In this document: positions 29,541 to 39,071 of the stretch, piece by piece | Position numbering within the stretch: the stretch's first letter is position 1 | Layout of the letters: every line of letters starts with the position of its first letter | NCBI GenBank assembly: GCA_027319565.1 | Contig: DAHVNA010000001.1 | Span: forward strand, 75,526 to 139,525 | DNA: 64,000 nucleotides | Direction of reading: 5' to 3' | Source of the DNA: Elusimicrobiota bacterium | GTDB lineage: Bacteria; Elusimicrobiota; Elusimicrobia; UBA1565; UBA9628 | Position numbers and translations under genes: made by a program | Notes under the pieces: generated by a model | Database searches by the model: none | What the model was told of the DNA's origin: nothing | Seen by the model: the letters and a program-made list of their open reading frames with translations, nothing else

Positions 29541-29852
29541 CTAGGTGCGCTCAACCTCGATTCCGAATTCGCCGTCTTCCTCATGGACGTGAAGCGTCAG
29601 CGCCCGGCAACAGACTTGACAGTCCTCGTAGAGAACTTGCCCCGCGTCGTCTGAGGAAACCTTAATTTCAAAACTTTCATCGCAATAGGGACATTCAACC
29701 AGAACATCTTGTTCCAAGACCTCGTCCCCGGATTGAGTGGATATTTCTTCAAGGACCGATTCGAGAACCTGTCCATTAGGGGGAAAGGCCTCCGGCTTGG
29801 ATTTTTGTTTTTCTTTTTTCGCGCGGCTTGCGGTTTTAGTTTTGCTTTTCAT
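29541..29852 (-). CDS. CPXCG-motif cysteine-rich (Zn-ribbon) protein
   Basis: VECPYCDE...YEDCQVCCRA; start MKSKTK preceded by a GAGGTG Shine-Dalgarno. Confidence 0.8.
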   Translation of the reverse strand: MKSKTKTASRAKKEKQKSKPEAFPPNGQVLESVLEEISTQSGDEVLEQDVLVECPYCDESFEIKVSSDDAGQVLYEDCQVCCRALTLHVHEEDGEFGIEVERT

Positions 29853-29967
29853 CTCGTCACCTCTTTTTCGCCTCTTTTGAAATATAATGCAGGAACTGAT
29901 TTCGCGCAAGACCCAGAAAGGACCTAGTCTCAATAAAATGGTAATATCGAAAAATAAGGAGAAAATC

Positions 29968-32694
29968 ATGGCCCCGATATCGAAAGACAGTTTTAAAGCG
30001 GCTTCAATTCTAAAGGTAGGCGGCAAAAAATATCGCTACTATTCCTTGGAGGCTTTGTCGGAAAAAGGCTTTGACTTGTCTAGCCTGCCTTTTTCGCTTA
30101 AAATTTTCCTTGAGAATCTTTTGCGTCGGGAAGATGGGCAAAGCGTCACGGCTTTGGATATCGAAGCCTTGGCGGGATGGAAGAAAAAATCTCCGGTCGG
30201 GCGCGAGGCCTTTTTCATGCCGGCCCGCGTTTTGATGCAGGATTTTACCGGAGTTCCCGCGATTGTCGATCTGGCCGCGATGCGGGACGCCGTTAAATCC
30301 CGCGGCGGAGATCCGCGCGCGATCAACCCCTTGATTCCGGTTGATTTGGTCATCGATCATTCCGTCCAGGTCGATTTTTTTGGAACCAAAGACGCGCTTT
30401 TAAAAAATTCCGAGATGGAGTTTAATCGCAATCAAGAGCGTTATTCTTTCTTAAAGTGGGGGCAAAAAGCATTCCGGGATTTTCGCGTCGTTCCGCCGGA
30501 GACCGGAATATGCCATCAGGTCAATCTTGAGTATTTGGCGAAAGTCGTTTGGACAGGTAAAACGGAAGGCGGAGAAACTCTCGCCTATCCCGATTCCTTG
30601 ATCGGCACCGATTCTCACACGACGATGATTAACGGGCTTGGCGTTTTGGGTTGGGGAGTGGGCGGAATAGAGGCTGAAGCCGCGATGCTGGGACAATCCT
30701 TGTCCATGCTGATTCCGGAAGTGATCGGCTTTAAACTCACGGGGCGGCTTTCTGCCGGGGCCACCGCCACCGACGCGGTTTTGACCGCGACCGAGATGCT
30801 GCGTAAAAAAGGAGTGGTCGGAAAATTCGTCGAGTTTTACGGGCCGGGCCTGTCGAATCTTTCCGTCGCCGATCGCGCGACCTTGGCCAATATGGCTCCG
30901 GAATACGGCGCGACCGTGGGCTTTTTCCCGGTTGATGATCAGACCCTCAAATATCTCCATTTGACCGGGAGAACAGATGAGGAAATCGCCTTGATTGAAG
31001 CCTATTGCCGCAAGCAAGGGATGTTTAGAACCGACGAAAGCCCCGAGCCCCATTTCTCAAGCGTTCTTTCCTTGGATTTGGGAACGGTCGAGGCCTGCTT
31101 GGCCGGCCCCAAAAGGCCGCAGGACCGGGTTTTATTGTCCGAGGTCAAAAAATCATGGAACGCGGCCCTGTCTTCCCTTATAAAGGAAAAAGACAAGAAG
31201 GGAAATCTCCCGGCGCCGCTGGGAACGGAAGTTGAAATTAGTCTTGATGGGCGTCCCGCCAAGATCGCCCACGGAACGGTTTCCATCGCGGCCATTACCT
31301 CTTGCACGAATACCTCAAACCCTGCGGTTCTGATCGCCGCCGGGCTTCTCGCCCAAAAAGCCGTTCAAAAAGGGCTTAAGACCAAGCCCTGGGTTAAAAC
31401 CAGCCTCGCCCCGGGCTCAAAAGCGGTCGCGGAATATTTGCGCGCTTCCGGGCTTTCAAAATATTTGGATGAACTCGGATTTCAATTGGTGGGATATGGC
31501 TGCACGACCTGCATTGGAAATTCCGGCCCCTTGCCCGATGCGGTGGCAAAGGCGGTGTCGGAGAAAAATTTAATCGTCGCCGCGGTTTTATCCGGAAACC
31601 GCAATTTCGAAGGACGCGTCAACGCCTTGGTCAAGGCCAATTATTTGGCTTCTCCGCCCTTGGTCGTGGCCTATGCCCTGGCGGGAAGTATTGACATCAA
31701 TTTAAGAGCCGAGCCCCTGGGCCAGGATAAAAACGGGGCTCCGGTTTATCTCAAGGATATTTGGCCGACCCATGAGGAAATCACGGCCTTGTCCGAGGAA
31801 CATGTCAAAAGAGAGCTTTTCACGAAAGCCTATGCCGATGTTTTTTCCGGAGGGAAAAACTGGCGGGCGATTTCCGTTCCTCAAAGCGAGCTTTACGATT
31901 GGCAGGAAAACTCAACCTATATCCGCCGCGCCCCTTATTTCGAGCAGTCCAAAACGGTTCAGGCCGATATCGCCGGCGCGCGCGTCTTGGCGGTTTTTGG
32001 AGATTCCATCACCACCGATCATATCTCGCCCGCGGGCTCTTTCCCGAAAGATTCTCCGGCGGGGCAGTATTTAGATGAGCGCTTGGTTTCCGTCAAGGAC
32101 TTTAACTCCTACGGCTCTCGCCGGGGCAATCACGAGATCATGATGCGCGGAACTTTCGCCAACACCCGGATCAAGAATCTCATGCTCGACACTTCCGGCG
32201 GATATACCCTGATTTTGCCGGAGAAAAAACAAGCCGCGATTTTTGACGCCGCCGAGGAATATCGAAAGCGAAATATCCCTCTCATTGTTTTAGCGGGGAA
32301 AGAATACGGTTCCGGCTCCAGCCGCGACTGGGCGGCTAAGGGCCCGGCGCTTTTGGGGGTCAAAGCCGTCATAGCCCAAAGTTTCGAGCGCATTCACCGC
32401 TCCAATTTAGTTGGCATGGGGATTTTGCCCTTGGAGTTTTTAGCCGGACAAAGCCTTCAAACCCTGGGGCTTACCGGCTTTGAGACTTTTGAAATTAAAG
32501 GTATCGAAAGTCTCAGGCCGAAAAAGGAATTGTCCGTCCGCGCTCAAGACTTAAGCGGAAAAACGACCGAGTTTAAGGTCTTGGCCCGCATTGACACCGC
32601 GGTCGAGCTTGAATACTGGAAATCCGGCGGGATTTTGCCATATGTCCTTGAACAAATTCTCAGCCAAGGCCAAAAACAACCCGCGCGGGTTTGA
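29968..32694 (+). CDS. acnA: Aconitate hydratase A
   Basis: PARVLMQDFTGVP, GICHQVNLE, DSHTTM, AITSCTNTSNP, GYGCTTCIGNSG, YGSGSSRDWAAKG; AAGGAG before ATG 29968. Confidence 0.97.
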   Translation: MAPISKDSFKAASILKVGGKKYRYYSLEALSEKGFDLSSLPFSLKIFLENLLRREDGQSVTALDIEALAGWKKKSPVGREAFFMPARVLMQDFTGVPAIVDLAAMRDAVKSRGGDPRAINPLIPVDLVIDHSVQVDFFGTKDALLKNSEMEFNRNQERYSFLKWGQKAFRDFRVVPPETGICHQVNLEYLAKVVWTGKTEGGETLAYPDSLIGTDSHTTMINGLGVLGWGVGGIEAEAAMLGQSLSMLIPEVIGFKLTGRLSAGATATDAVLTATEMLRKKGVVGKFVEFYGPGLSNLSVADRATLANMAPEYGATVGFFPVDDQTLKYLHLTGRTDEEIALIEAYCRKQGMFRTDESPEPHFSSVLSLDLGTVEACLAGPKRPQDRVLLSEVKKSWNAALSSLIKEKDKKGNLPAPLGTEVEISLDGRPAKIAHGTVSIAAITSCTNTSNPAVLIAAGLLAQKAVQKGLKTKPWVKTSLAPGSKAVAEYLRASGLSKYLDELGFQLVGYGCTTCIGNSGPLPDAVAKAVSEKNLIVAAVLSGNRNFEGRVNALVKANYLASPPLVVAYALAGSIDINLRAEPLGQDKNGAPVYLKDIWPTHEEITALSEEHVKRELFTKAYADVFSGGKNWRAISVPQSELYDWQENSTYIRRAPYFEQSKTVQADIAGARVLAVFGDSITTDHISPAGSFPKDSPAGQYLDERLVSVKDFNSYGSRRGNHEIMMRGTFANTRIKNLMLDTSGGYTLILPEKKQAAIFDAAEEYRKRNIPLIVLAGKEYGSGSSRDWAAKGPALLGVKAVIAQSFERIHRSNLVGMGILPLEFLAGQSLQTLGLTGFETFEIKGIESLRPKKELSVRAQDLSGKTTEFKVLARIDTAVELEYWKSGGILPYVLEQILSQGQKQPARV

Positions 32695-32701
32695 TTTAGA
32701 C

Positions 32702-33118
32702 TTAAATTTGGCCAAGGGCTTTAAGCCACTCGGGGGGTGGAGCGATGAGCTTGCGCTCTTTTAGATCGAATAGGGCAAAGACAAATTCCGCCCTGCACGC
32801 GATTTTCCCGTCTTCTTGGAGTATGACCTGCTCCATTCGCGCGATTTTGCCGCGATAATCCAGACATTTCGAGCGGATGATGACGGACTCACGATTTCTA
32901 AGTTCTCTCTGAAAGCGCAAATGCGCCTCTAAAACCACCGGGCCGATTTGGCGTTTTTGGATTTCATCCCTGCCGAATCCATTTTTCGTGATTAAGTCCC
33001 AACGGGCCTCCTCGAAAATCTCGAGATAAACGGCGTTGTTGACATGCCCAAAGGCGTCGAGATGGCGTTCCAAGATTGTCAGAGGATACTCATGCGCGAG
33101 GGCGGGCTTATCTTTCAT
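32702..33118 (-). CDS. Acyl-CoA thioesterase (4HBT/YbgC family)
   Basis: LDAFGHVNNAVYLEIFEEAR motif. Confidence 0.9.
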   Translation of the reverse strand: MKDKPALAHEYPLTILERHLDAFGHVNNAVYLEIFEEARWDLITKNGFGRDEIQKRQIGPVVLEAHLRFQRELRNRESVIIRSKCLDYRGKIARMEQVILQEDGKIACRAEFVFALFDLKERKLIAPPPEWLKALGQI

Positions 33119-33119
33119 C

Positions 33120-33719
33120 TTATCTTCTCCACCAACTCAAGACGATCGCGCTTCCAAGGGGAAGCCAGAGATTGTCGTTAAAGTAGGCGGTAGTCGGCAG
33201 AAATTCAAGCGCGGTTCCAATTGCCGCGGCCACGAGAGAGGCAAAGAGCGGAAAGCCGAAAGAAAGACAGACAAGAGCGCAAACCAAAAAGCAGGCGATA
33301 CTTCCCTCAAGGGATTTGTGCCCGCCAAAAATTTTATGCGTTCCAAAAGTTTTTCCGATTAAGGCGGCCAAGGCGTCTCCCAGGGCCGCGCAAAAAAGAG
33401 AGGCCGAGACGATTTTTGGGTTTTTTCCAAAAAAGGAAATCACGATTAAAGCTCCGGCGGCGGTGTAAAAAGCGCCGCTGTAGCGGGTTTTTTCCTCGGG
33501 GCGAGAGAGACCTCTAAAGAGTTGGATTAAAAATTCGTTGAGCTTGGGAAAATAGAGCCGAGAGGCCTCTAGGAACATCAGAAATAGCGTCCATATCAGT
33601 AGCCACCTGGTAATGCGCGGATAACCAAGCAGAAAATAAGCCGCCAGATAAGCCAAGGACAAAAGGTGAAAGGCTTTTCTTCTGATTTCGAGGGACAGTT
33701 CGCTTTTTGAGACCGACAT
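33120..33719 (-). CDS. Diacylglycerol/polyprenol (dolichol/phytol) kinase-family membrane protein
   Basis: EIRRKAFH, GDALAALIGK, KSLEGS, NDNLWLP motifs. Confidence 0.85.
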   Translation of the reverse strand: MSVSKSELSLEIRRKAFHLLSLAYLAAYFLLGYPRITRWLLIWTLFLMFLEASRLYFPKLNEFLIQLFRGLSRPEEKTRYSGAFYTAAGALIVISFFGKNPKIVSASLFCAALGDALAALIGKTFGTHKIFGGHKSLEGSIACFLVCALVCLSFGFPLFASLVAAAIGTALEFLPTTAYFNDNLWLPLGSAIVLSWWRR

Positions 33720-33742
33720 TGAGATTCTCTTTTATTGAAATT

Positions 33743-34903
33743 TTATTTAAACCGCGACAGGCGAAAGCGCTGAAGATTGAGGCTGGGTTTACCGCTTAGA
33801 ATCCAGTCCGATAAAATTTTTCCAATAGCGGGGGAGACGGAAAAGCCCTTTCCGTTAAACCCGGCCGCGATAAAAGCGTTCGGAAATTTTTTTAAGCGGT
33901 CGATGATAAAATCTCCGTCCTTGGTCGCGTCAAAATGGCAAAGAGAGGTCTCGGATTCTGAGTAGGAGGCGATGTCCGGGATGTGTTTTTTGAGAAAGGC
34001 CCGGCATTTTTTTTCGACAGAGGGCGGCGGGGCTTTTGACTTTTCCTCATCGGGATCGCCCAAAGGCCCGGGTTTGTAATCGACCAGTTTCATGTATCCG
34101 TGAACATGCATCGGGAATCCGCAAAAGCCCGAAGAGTTTAGGCGAAAAGCCGAGAAGTGTTCCAGGCGAAATCGCCCGGGATTTTGCGGGGGCTTGAGAT
34201 AAATCTGAAATTGCCGGGTCGGGCGAAGAGGAATGCGGTAATTCTTGAGAATTTTAGGGCTCCAGATTCCGGTCGTAAAAATGAAATTTTCAGCGGTCCA
34301 GATTTTTCCGTTTGAGTCCTTAACGCCCTTGAGCTTGCCGGATTTGTCCTCAATTAAACTGACAATCTTGACCCGCCCGTTAACCAGGGTTCCTTCTTTT
34401 TGAGCGAGGCTCGCAATCAGTGAAAGAGCCCTCTGAGCCCAGATAAATCCGCCGTCGGGATGAAAAAGAGCGCCTTTAAGCGCTTTCGCGTTAAAGACGG
34501 CGTGTTCTCGGCCGAGATCCTTTTTGTCGATCCATTCCGCGCGGATTTTCATTTTTTTTAGAGTCTCAAGGCTGTGCGTCTCAAATCCGGGGGTTTTGTT
34601 GGCTAGGTCAAGAAACCCGGTCTGGGAAAAAATAGTTTGTCCGCTCTCGGCGTTGAGTTTAAGCCAGAAGGGAAGAGACATTCGGGCTAATTCCGTGTAA
34701 AAAGAGTCTTTGCCATAAGTGAGGTAAAAGGCCCGCATGTGGTCGCCCGAGGGGGCCTTGAAATTGGGAATGTCGGCCTGATCTAAAACGGCGACCTTTT
34801 TCCGATTGGAACTGAGCCAATAGGCACTTGAGAGCCCGACGATTCCCCCTCCGATAATAAGGACGTCTAGCTTGGGAGAAACGGTCTGGCTAAGGGTTTT
34901 CAT
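33743..34903 (-). CDS. FAD-dependent oxidoreductase, sarcosine oxidase/SolA-like
   Basis: IIGGGIVG, HPDGG, CHFDATKDGDFIID, AGFNGKGF. Confidence 0.82.
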   Translation of the reverse strand: MKTLSQTVSPKLDVLIIGGGIVGLSSAYWLSSNRKKVAVLDQADIPNFKAPSGDHMRAFYLTYGKDSFYTELARMSLPFWLKLNAESGQTIFSQTGFLDLANKTPGFETHSLETLKKMKIRAEWIDKKDLGREHAVFNAKALKGALFHPDGGFIWAQRALSLIASLAQKEGTLVNGRVKIVSLIEDKSGKLKGVKDSNGKIWTAENFIFTTGIWSPKILKNYRIPLRPTRQFQIYLKPPQNPGRFRLEHFSAFRLNSSGFCGFPMHVHGYMKLVDYKPGPLGDPDEEKSKAPPPSVEKKCRAFLKKHIPDIASYSESETSLCHFDATKDGDFIIDRLKKFPNAFIAAGFNGKGFSVSPAIGKILSDWILSGKPSLNLQRFRLSRFK

Positions 34904-35877
34904 CCGCCCCGGCGCTTTTTAATTTCGGCGATGATGAGGGGAATCAGCTCATAGAGATCGCCCACGACCGATAAGGACGCGGTTTTCATCATCGGGCATT
35001 CCGGGTCGGTGTTTAAGGCGAGAATGGTTCCGGAAGAGGACATGCCCGCCAGATGCTGGATCTGTCCAGATATTCCACAGGCGACATAGAGCTTGGGATG
35101 AACGGTTTTTCCCGTCAGCCCCACCTGATGGCTATAGGCAATCCATCCCGCGTCGACGGCTGCGCGGGAAGCCCCGACGGCGGCTTTAAGAGCGCTGGCG
35201 AGTTCGCGGATGATTTTAAATCCTTCTGCGTTTCCCAGTCCCCGTCCTCCGCTGACGATGCGTTCCGCGGTCCCAAGATCGATTTCAGAAGAAGACTCAG
35301 GTTGAAAGGAAACATATTCCATTGGAGATTCCTTGGGCTCAAAGGGGATAGCGACAATCGGAGGCGGGTTACCGCTTTTTTCCGCCTGCGGAAAAACCAT
35401 GGGTAGCACAATGAGGAGAGTCGTTTCCTGGGTTCCGACGAGTGTCGCCAAGGCGTTTCCGCTGTAAGATGAGCGCTTGGCTTTGAGCTTGCCGTTTTCC
35501 ATTCCGACTTCGGCGATGTCGACGGCCAGTCCCGCCTTGATTTTAGGGCTTAACAGCGCGGCGAGAGATTTTCCGAAAATCGTTCCGGGGAAAAGAACCG
35601 CGCTAAATTTATTGCCCTCAAGGATTTTTAAAATCGCCTGCGCATAAATTTCGTCATTATTTTGTCCGAGTTTCGGATGTTCGAGCGCGAAAACTTTTTC
35701 GATGCCGGGAACGTTGAGGTTTTGAGCCAGGGCCTGGGCTTTATCGCTGATGACGGAGGCAAAGACTTTGCCTTGCATTTGAGCTGCCAGGGTTTTAGCC
35801 GCGCTTAAAACTTCAAAAGCGCTTGAGGGCAACGCCCCCTGTTGAGAAAGACAGACCGCCAGAATTTGATTTTCCAT
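34900..35877 (-). CDS. etfA: Electron transfer flavoprotein alpha subunit
   Basis: IVSGGRGLG, VGASRAAVDAGW, QVGLTGKTV, GISGQIQHLAGM. Confidence 0.95.
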   Translation of the reverse strand: MENQILAVCLSQQGALPSSAFEVLSAAKTLAAQMQGKVFASVISDKAQALAQNLNVPGIEKVFALEHPKLGQNNDEIYAQAILKILEGNKFSAVLFPGTIFGKSLAALLSPKIKAGLAVDIAEVGMENGKLKAKRSSYSGNALATLVGTQETTLLIVLPMVFPQAEKSGNPPPIVAIPFEPKESPMEYVSFQPESSSEIDLGTAERIVSGGRGLGNAEGFKIIRELASALKAAVGASRAAVDAGWIAYSHQVGLTGKTVHPKLYVACGISGQIQHLAGMSSSGTILALNTDPECPMMKTASLSVVGDLYELIPLIIAEIKKRRGG

Positions 35878-36683
35878 TAGACCAGTTTCCTTTCGATGAG
35901 AATATCGACTAGTTTTTTCGCCTTTTCGGCGGCGCTGGAACCTTCGATTTTAAGTCCGGCCGGCCTGGGGGGCGGGGCGGAAAATTTTTCGATTTTGAGA
36001 GGTTCTAAAGTGGAGCTAAAATCCTCCGCTTTAAGGCCGATGTCTTGCGCCGTCCATTTGGGAATGACGGCTTTTTTAGACGCCATTTTTCCTTTAAGAG
36101 AGGGGAGCCTCGGCTCGTTGATTTCTTTAATGGTCCCAACGCAGGCGGGGAGCTTGAGTTTTAAAACATCCACTCCATTTTCAACCGCGCGCCAGACGAC
36201 CGCCTCCGCGGAATTGATGGAATCAATTTTCTTGACTGAAATGGCCGCCGGCCAGTTGAGCCATCCGGCGATTTGAGCGGCCGTGACTCCGGCATTTCCA
36301 TCGCTGGCGTTTTTGCCAAACAAAACCAGGTGAACGGGGGTTTCCGCATGAATTTTTTTAAGGGCCTGGGCCAAGGCATGGCTGGTTCCATATGAATTAT
36401 GCGTGTCGCATTCCGGGATATTGAGCCAAACGGCCTTGTCACAGCCGCGGGCGATCGCTTCGCGGAGCACCGCTTCGACGTGTTCCGGCCCCAGCGAAAG
36501 AGCCGTGACGGTCGAACCGGGGTTTTTTTCCTTGATCCGAATGGCTTCTTCAACCGCGTACTCATCAAAGGGGTTCATCGCATAAGACAACCCCGCTGTT
36601 TTGATTTTCCCCGCGGATTCATCAATTGAGACATTGACGGTAGTAGGCGTGCTTTTGACGCAGACGACGATGTGAAGGCTCAT
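35877..36683 (-). CDS. etfB: Electron transfer flavoprotein beta subunit
   Basis: IVVCVK, MNPFDEYAVEEA, NEPRLPSLKG. Confidence 0.95.
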   Translation of the reverse strand: MSLHIVVCVKSTPTTVNVSIDESAGKIKTAGLSYAMNPFDEYAVEEAIRIKEKNPGSTVTALSLGPEHVEAVLREAIARGCDKAVWLNIPECDTHNSYGTSHALAQALKKIHAETPVHLVLFGKNASDGNAGVTAAQIAGWLNWPAAISVKKIDSINSAEAVVWRAVENGVDVLKLKLPACVGTIKEINEPRLPSLKGKMASKKAVIPKWTAQDIGLKAEDFSSTLEPLKIEKFSAPPPRPAGLKIEGSSAAEKAKKLVDILIERKLV

Positions 36684-36707
36684 GGTTATCTCCTCAAAAC
36701 AAAACCG

Positions 36708-36791
36708 TGGTTGGGATAGGATTCGAACCTATGTAGGGCAGGGCCCGACGGTTTTACAGACCGTTGCTTTTGACCGCTCAGCCACCCAACC
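36708..36791 (-). tRNA. tRNA-Tyr (GTA), CCA not encoded
   Basis: Reverse complement GGTTGGGTGGCTGAGCGGTCAAAAGCAACGGTCTGTAAAACCGTCGGGCCCTGCCCTACATAGGTTCGAATCCTATCCCAACCA; long variable arm. Confidence 0.95.
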
Positions 36792-36849
36792 AAAACGACC
36801 CTTCCATGATAGCTTTTTCGTTTTTTACTTCGCAAATAAGCCGAGGCAA

Positions 36850-39039
36850 TCAGATGTTGCGGTGGGTCAGTGAGCGGATGTCCGCGCTGAATTGACGTTT
36901 TTGGGCAATTTTAGGAAAACTTTGTTTGATCGCTTTAAATATCGGGAAAAGGGATTTTGGCGTGATTCCGGATTGATTTCTGAGCGCCCACAATTTTTGG
37001 CTGAGGGCAGTTCCAATAGCGACGGCATTGGGTCTGTCCGCAAATTGATTCCACCAGTGGATTAAGGCTTGAGAATCCTTCAGTCCCTGATAAGCTCGGA
37101 CGGCTTGATTGATTTCGCGCTCGGCTAGGGGACTTGAGCTTAAAGCGTTATTCTGGGGAAGGCTTTTTATTTTACCGGAGGCGATGGCTTCGGCTAGCGA
37201 AATCGTTGATTGAATTTGGGAATGGTTTGGATATTTCAAGGCGTAAATCCATCCAGATTGAGACAAGGTGTCAAAACCGGCTTCTTTTAAAAGTTCGGGA
37301 ACGCTCTTTGTTCCAGAGTTTTGCAAGACCAGAAGAACGGTCCCCGGGGCCTGGGGATTTCCCATATCCACAAAAAAGACGGGCTTTTTAAGAGACTGAG
37401 CGGCGCGTTTAAGGGCTTTAAATAAAAAGGCGATGGAAGAAGAATAAATCCTTTCGGTCCAGTAAGACAGAATTTTTGAGTTAGCTAGGGAAGAGGGAGC
37501 GTCTTTGAGGGTTTGAGTTAAATCCGAAAGTCCTTGAGCGCCGGAAAAATCTCCGCTGAGATTTTGATAGGCCTGGGCTAGGTTTTCCGCGCTTGAAAGT
37601 CCCGGGCGGCGCTTAAAGTCAAAATAGGGACTATTAATCGATTCAAGATTTAAAAACGCGATGGGAAAACTCGATTTAAAGTTTTGCGGCGGCGCAAAAA
37701 CGAGAGAAGCGATTTTTTGAAAATGGGGATTATGCGTTTTAAATTTAATTTCATTTCCAAGGTTGACGGGTTGGGGCGCGCGAAACATCGCAAGGGTTTG
37801 CCAGAACCAATCCCATAATATTCGAGTTTCAATGGCGGCGGAATATCGGGCGGCGGCCCAGGCGGCGGATAAGGGAGATTGTCTCCCTAAGCGCCTTTCA
37901 AGATCGTAAAAAGCCTTCCAGCTCAAATCAAGGGCGGGAGAAAAAATTTCTTGAGCGCCGAAAATCAAAGCCAGATTTCCCGCAGAGCCTGCTTGCCGCG
38001 GCAATAATTGGATAGAAAGAGAGAGAGGAAACGGCGGCAGAATCGCCTTGAATTGTCCGGAGGAAATCTTTTCCATTCGGAGTCTGGAAGTAAAAGAATC
38101 GGGAGGAAGAGTTTCTTTAAGGGCGGAGCGGTTAAGATTTTGAAGATAGTCGAGCGTTTTTGGCCAGTTGCTGATCAGCGGCTTTTTGCGGGTTCCTAAA
38201 AGATCATTCCAGGATTTAAAAGCTTTCATTTCGCGCTTAAAGGTAGGATCCTCGCGCTCAAGCGCCGCCTGGGCGGTTTCTTCTAAGAGTTGAGACAGGG
38301 CTATCTTGGCTTTTTTCGCGGCCGCTCGCATTATGATCCGATCTAAAAACGAAACGGTCAAAGGAGATAATTCCCTTTTTTTCGCGGCCTTTTTGGCTAT
38401 CGAGAGGGAGGCTTGAAATAAAACAGGGGCGTCAATGGCGGAAGCGGAATCGGCGACGGAGGCGGCTTGATAGACGCGGTCAAAGGCGTTTTCGGTTTTC
38501 CCCTCGACCATATGCGATTGGGACTTTGCTCGGCTCTTATGCCCGGCAATTTCGCGGTCGAAGATTTTTCGCAGCTGCTTTTGAAGCTCTTCAACCTCCG
38601 CGGGGTTTGCGTTTTGATTTGAGTTTTGAAGAGAACCCAAACTCGATTTTGGGCTCGTCCATTCCGGACTTCCCGGCGGAACCCCGATAGGGAGATGAAC
38701 GTTTTTTGCTTGAGACTGAACGGGCGGGATAGAAGGATTAGTTTGAGAAGGAGATGCTTGACTCGCAGGAGCGGAGTTTGTTTTTTGCGTTTGAGCCGCC
38801 GCCGGGGTTTGGGCCGGCAAAATGATTGGATCGTTTTGGATTTGAACGCTGGGGAGAGTTTGAGATTGAGAGGGTAGTTGAGTCTGAATTTGATTTTGCT
38901 CAATTCCGAGGTCCTGATCCGAGTTCTGGGGTTGGGAGAGAACGGGCGAATCATTGCTTGCGGGAGTTTCTATTTTTATCTGAGGGCCAGCCTGGGCCTT
39001 CCAAGAAGCGAGAGACAAGAGTAAGAAAATTGTCCGCAT
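36850..39039 (-). CDS. Large secreted hypothetical protein with Q/P/S-rich N-terminus
   Basis: 729 aa ORF; signal peptide ending AQA; low-complexity linker; no family recognised. Confidence 0.7.
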   Translation of the reverse strand: MRTIFLLLSLASWKAQAGPQIKIETPASNDSPVLSQPQNSDQDLGIEQNQIQTQLPSQSQTLPSVQIQNDPIILPAQTPAAAQTQKTNSAPASQASPSQTNPSIPPVQSQAKNVHLPIGVPPGSPEWTSPKSSLGSLQNSNQNANPAEVEELQKQLRKIFDREIAGHKSRAKSQSHMVEGKTENAFDRVYQAASVADSASAIDAPVLFQASLSIAKKAAKKRELSPLTVSFLDRIIMRAAAKKAKIALSQLLEETAQAALEREDPTFKREMKAFKSWNDLLGTRKKPLISNWPKTLDYLQNLNRSALKETLPPDSFTSRLRMEKISSGQFKAILPPFPLSLSIQLLPRQAGSAGNLALIFGAQEIFSPALDLSWKAFYDLERRLGRQSPLSAAWAAARYSAAIETRILWDWFWQTLAMFRAPQPVNLGNEIKFKTHNPHFQKIASLVFAPPQNFKSSFPIAFLNLESINSPYFDFKRRPGLSSAENLAQAYQNLSGDFSGAQGLSDLTQTLKDAPSSLANSKILSYWTERIYSSSIAFLFKALKRAAQSLKKPVFFVDMGNPQAPGTVLLVLQNSGTKSVPELLKEAGFDTLSQSGWIYALKYPNHSQIQSTISLAEAIASGKIKSLPQNNALSSSPLAEREINQAVRAYQGLKDSQALIHWWNQFADRPNAVAIGTALSQKLWALRNQSGITPKSLFPIFKAIKQSFPKIAQKRQFSADIRSLTHRNI

Positions 39040-39071
39040 ACTTTATTGTATCAAGTTGGGGGCGCAATCCT

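Noticed and set aside
30451..31053. Long antisense or alternate-frame ORFs (e.g. 30451-31053, 3059-3628, 38397-38954, 39424-39960, 47078-47584)
   Set aside because: They are shadows of well-supported genes and carry no recognisable motifs
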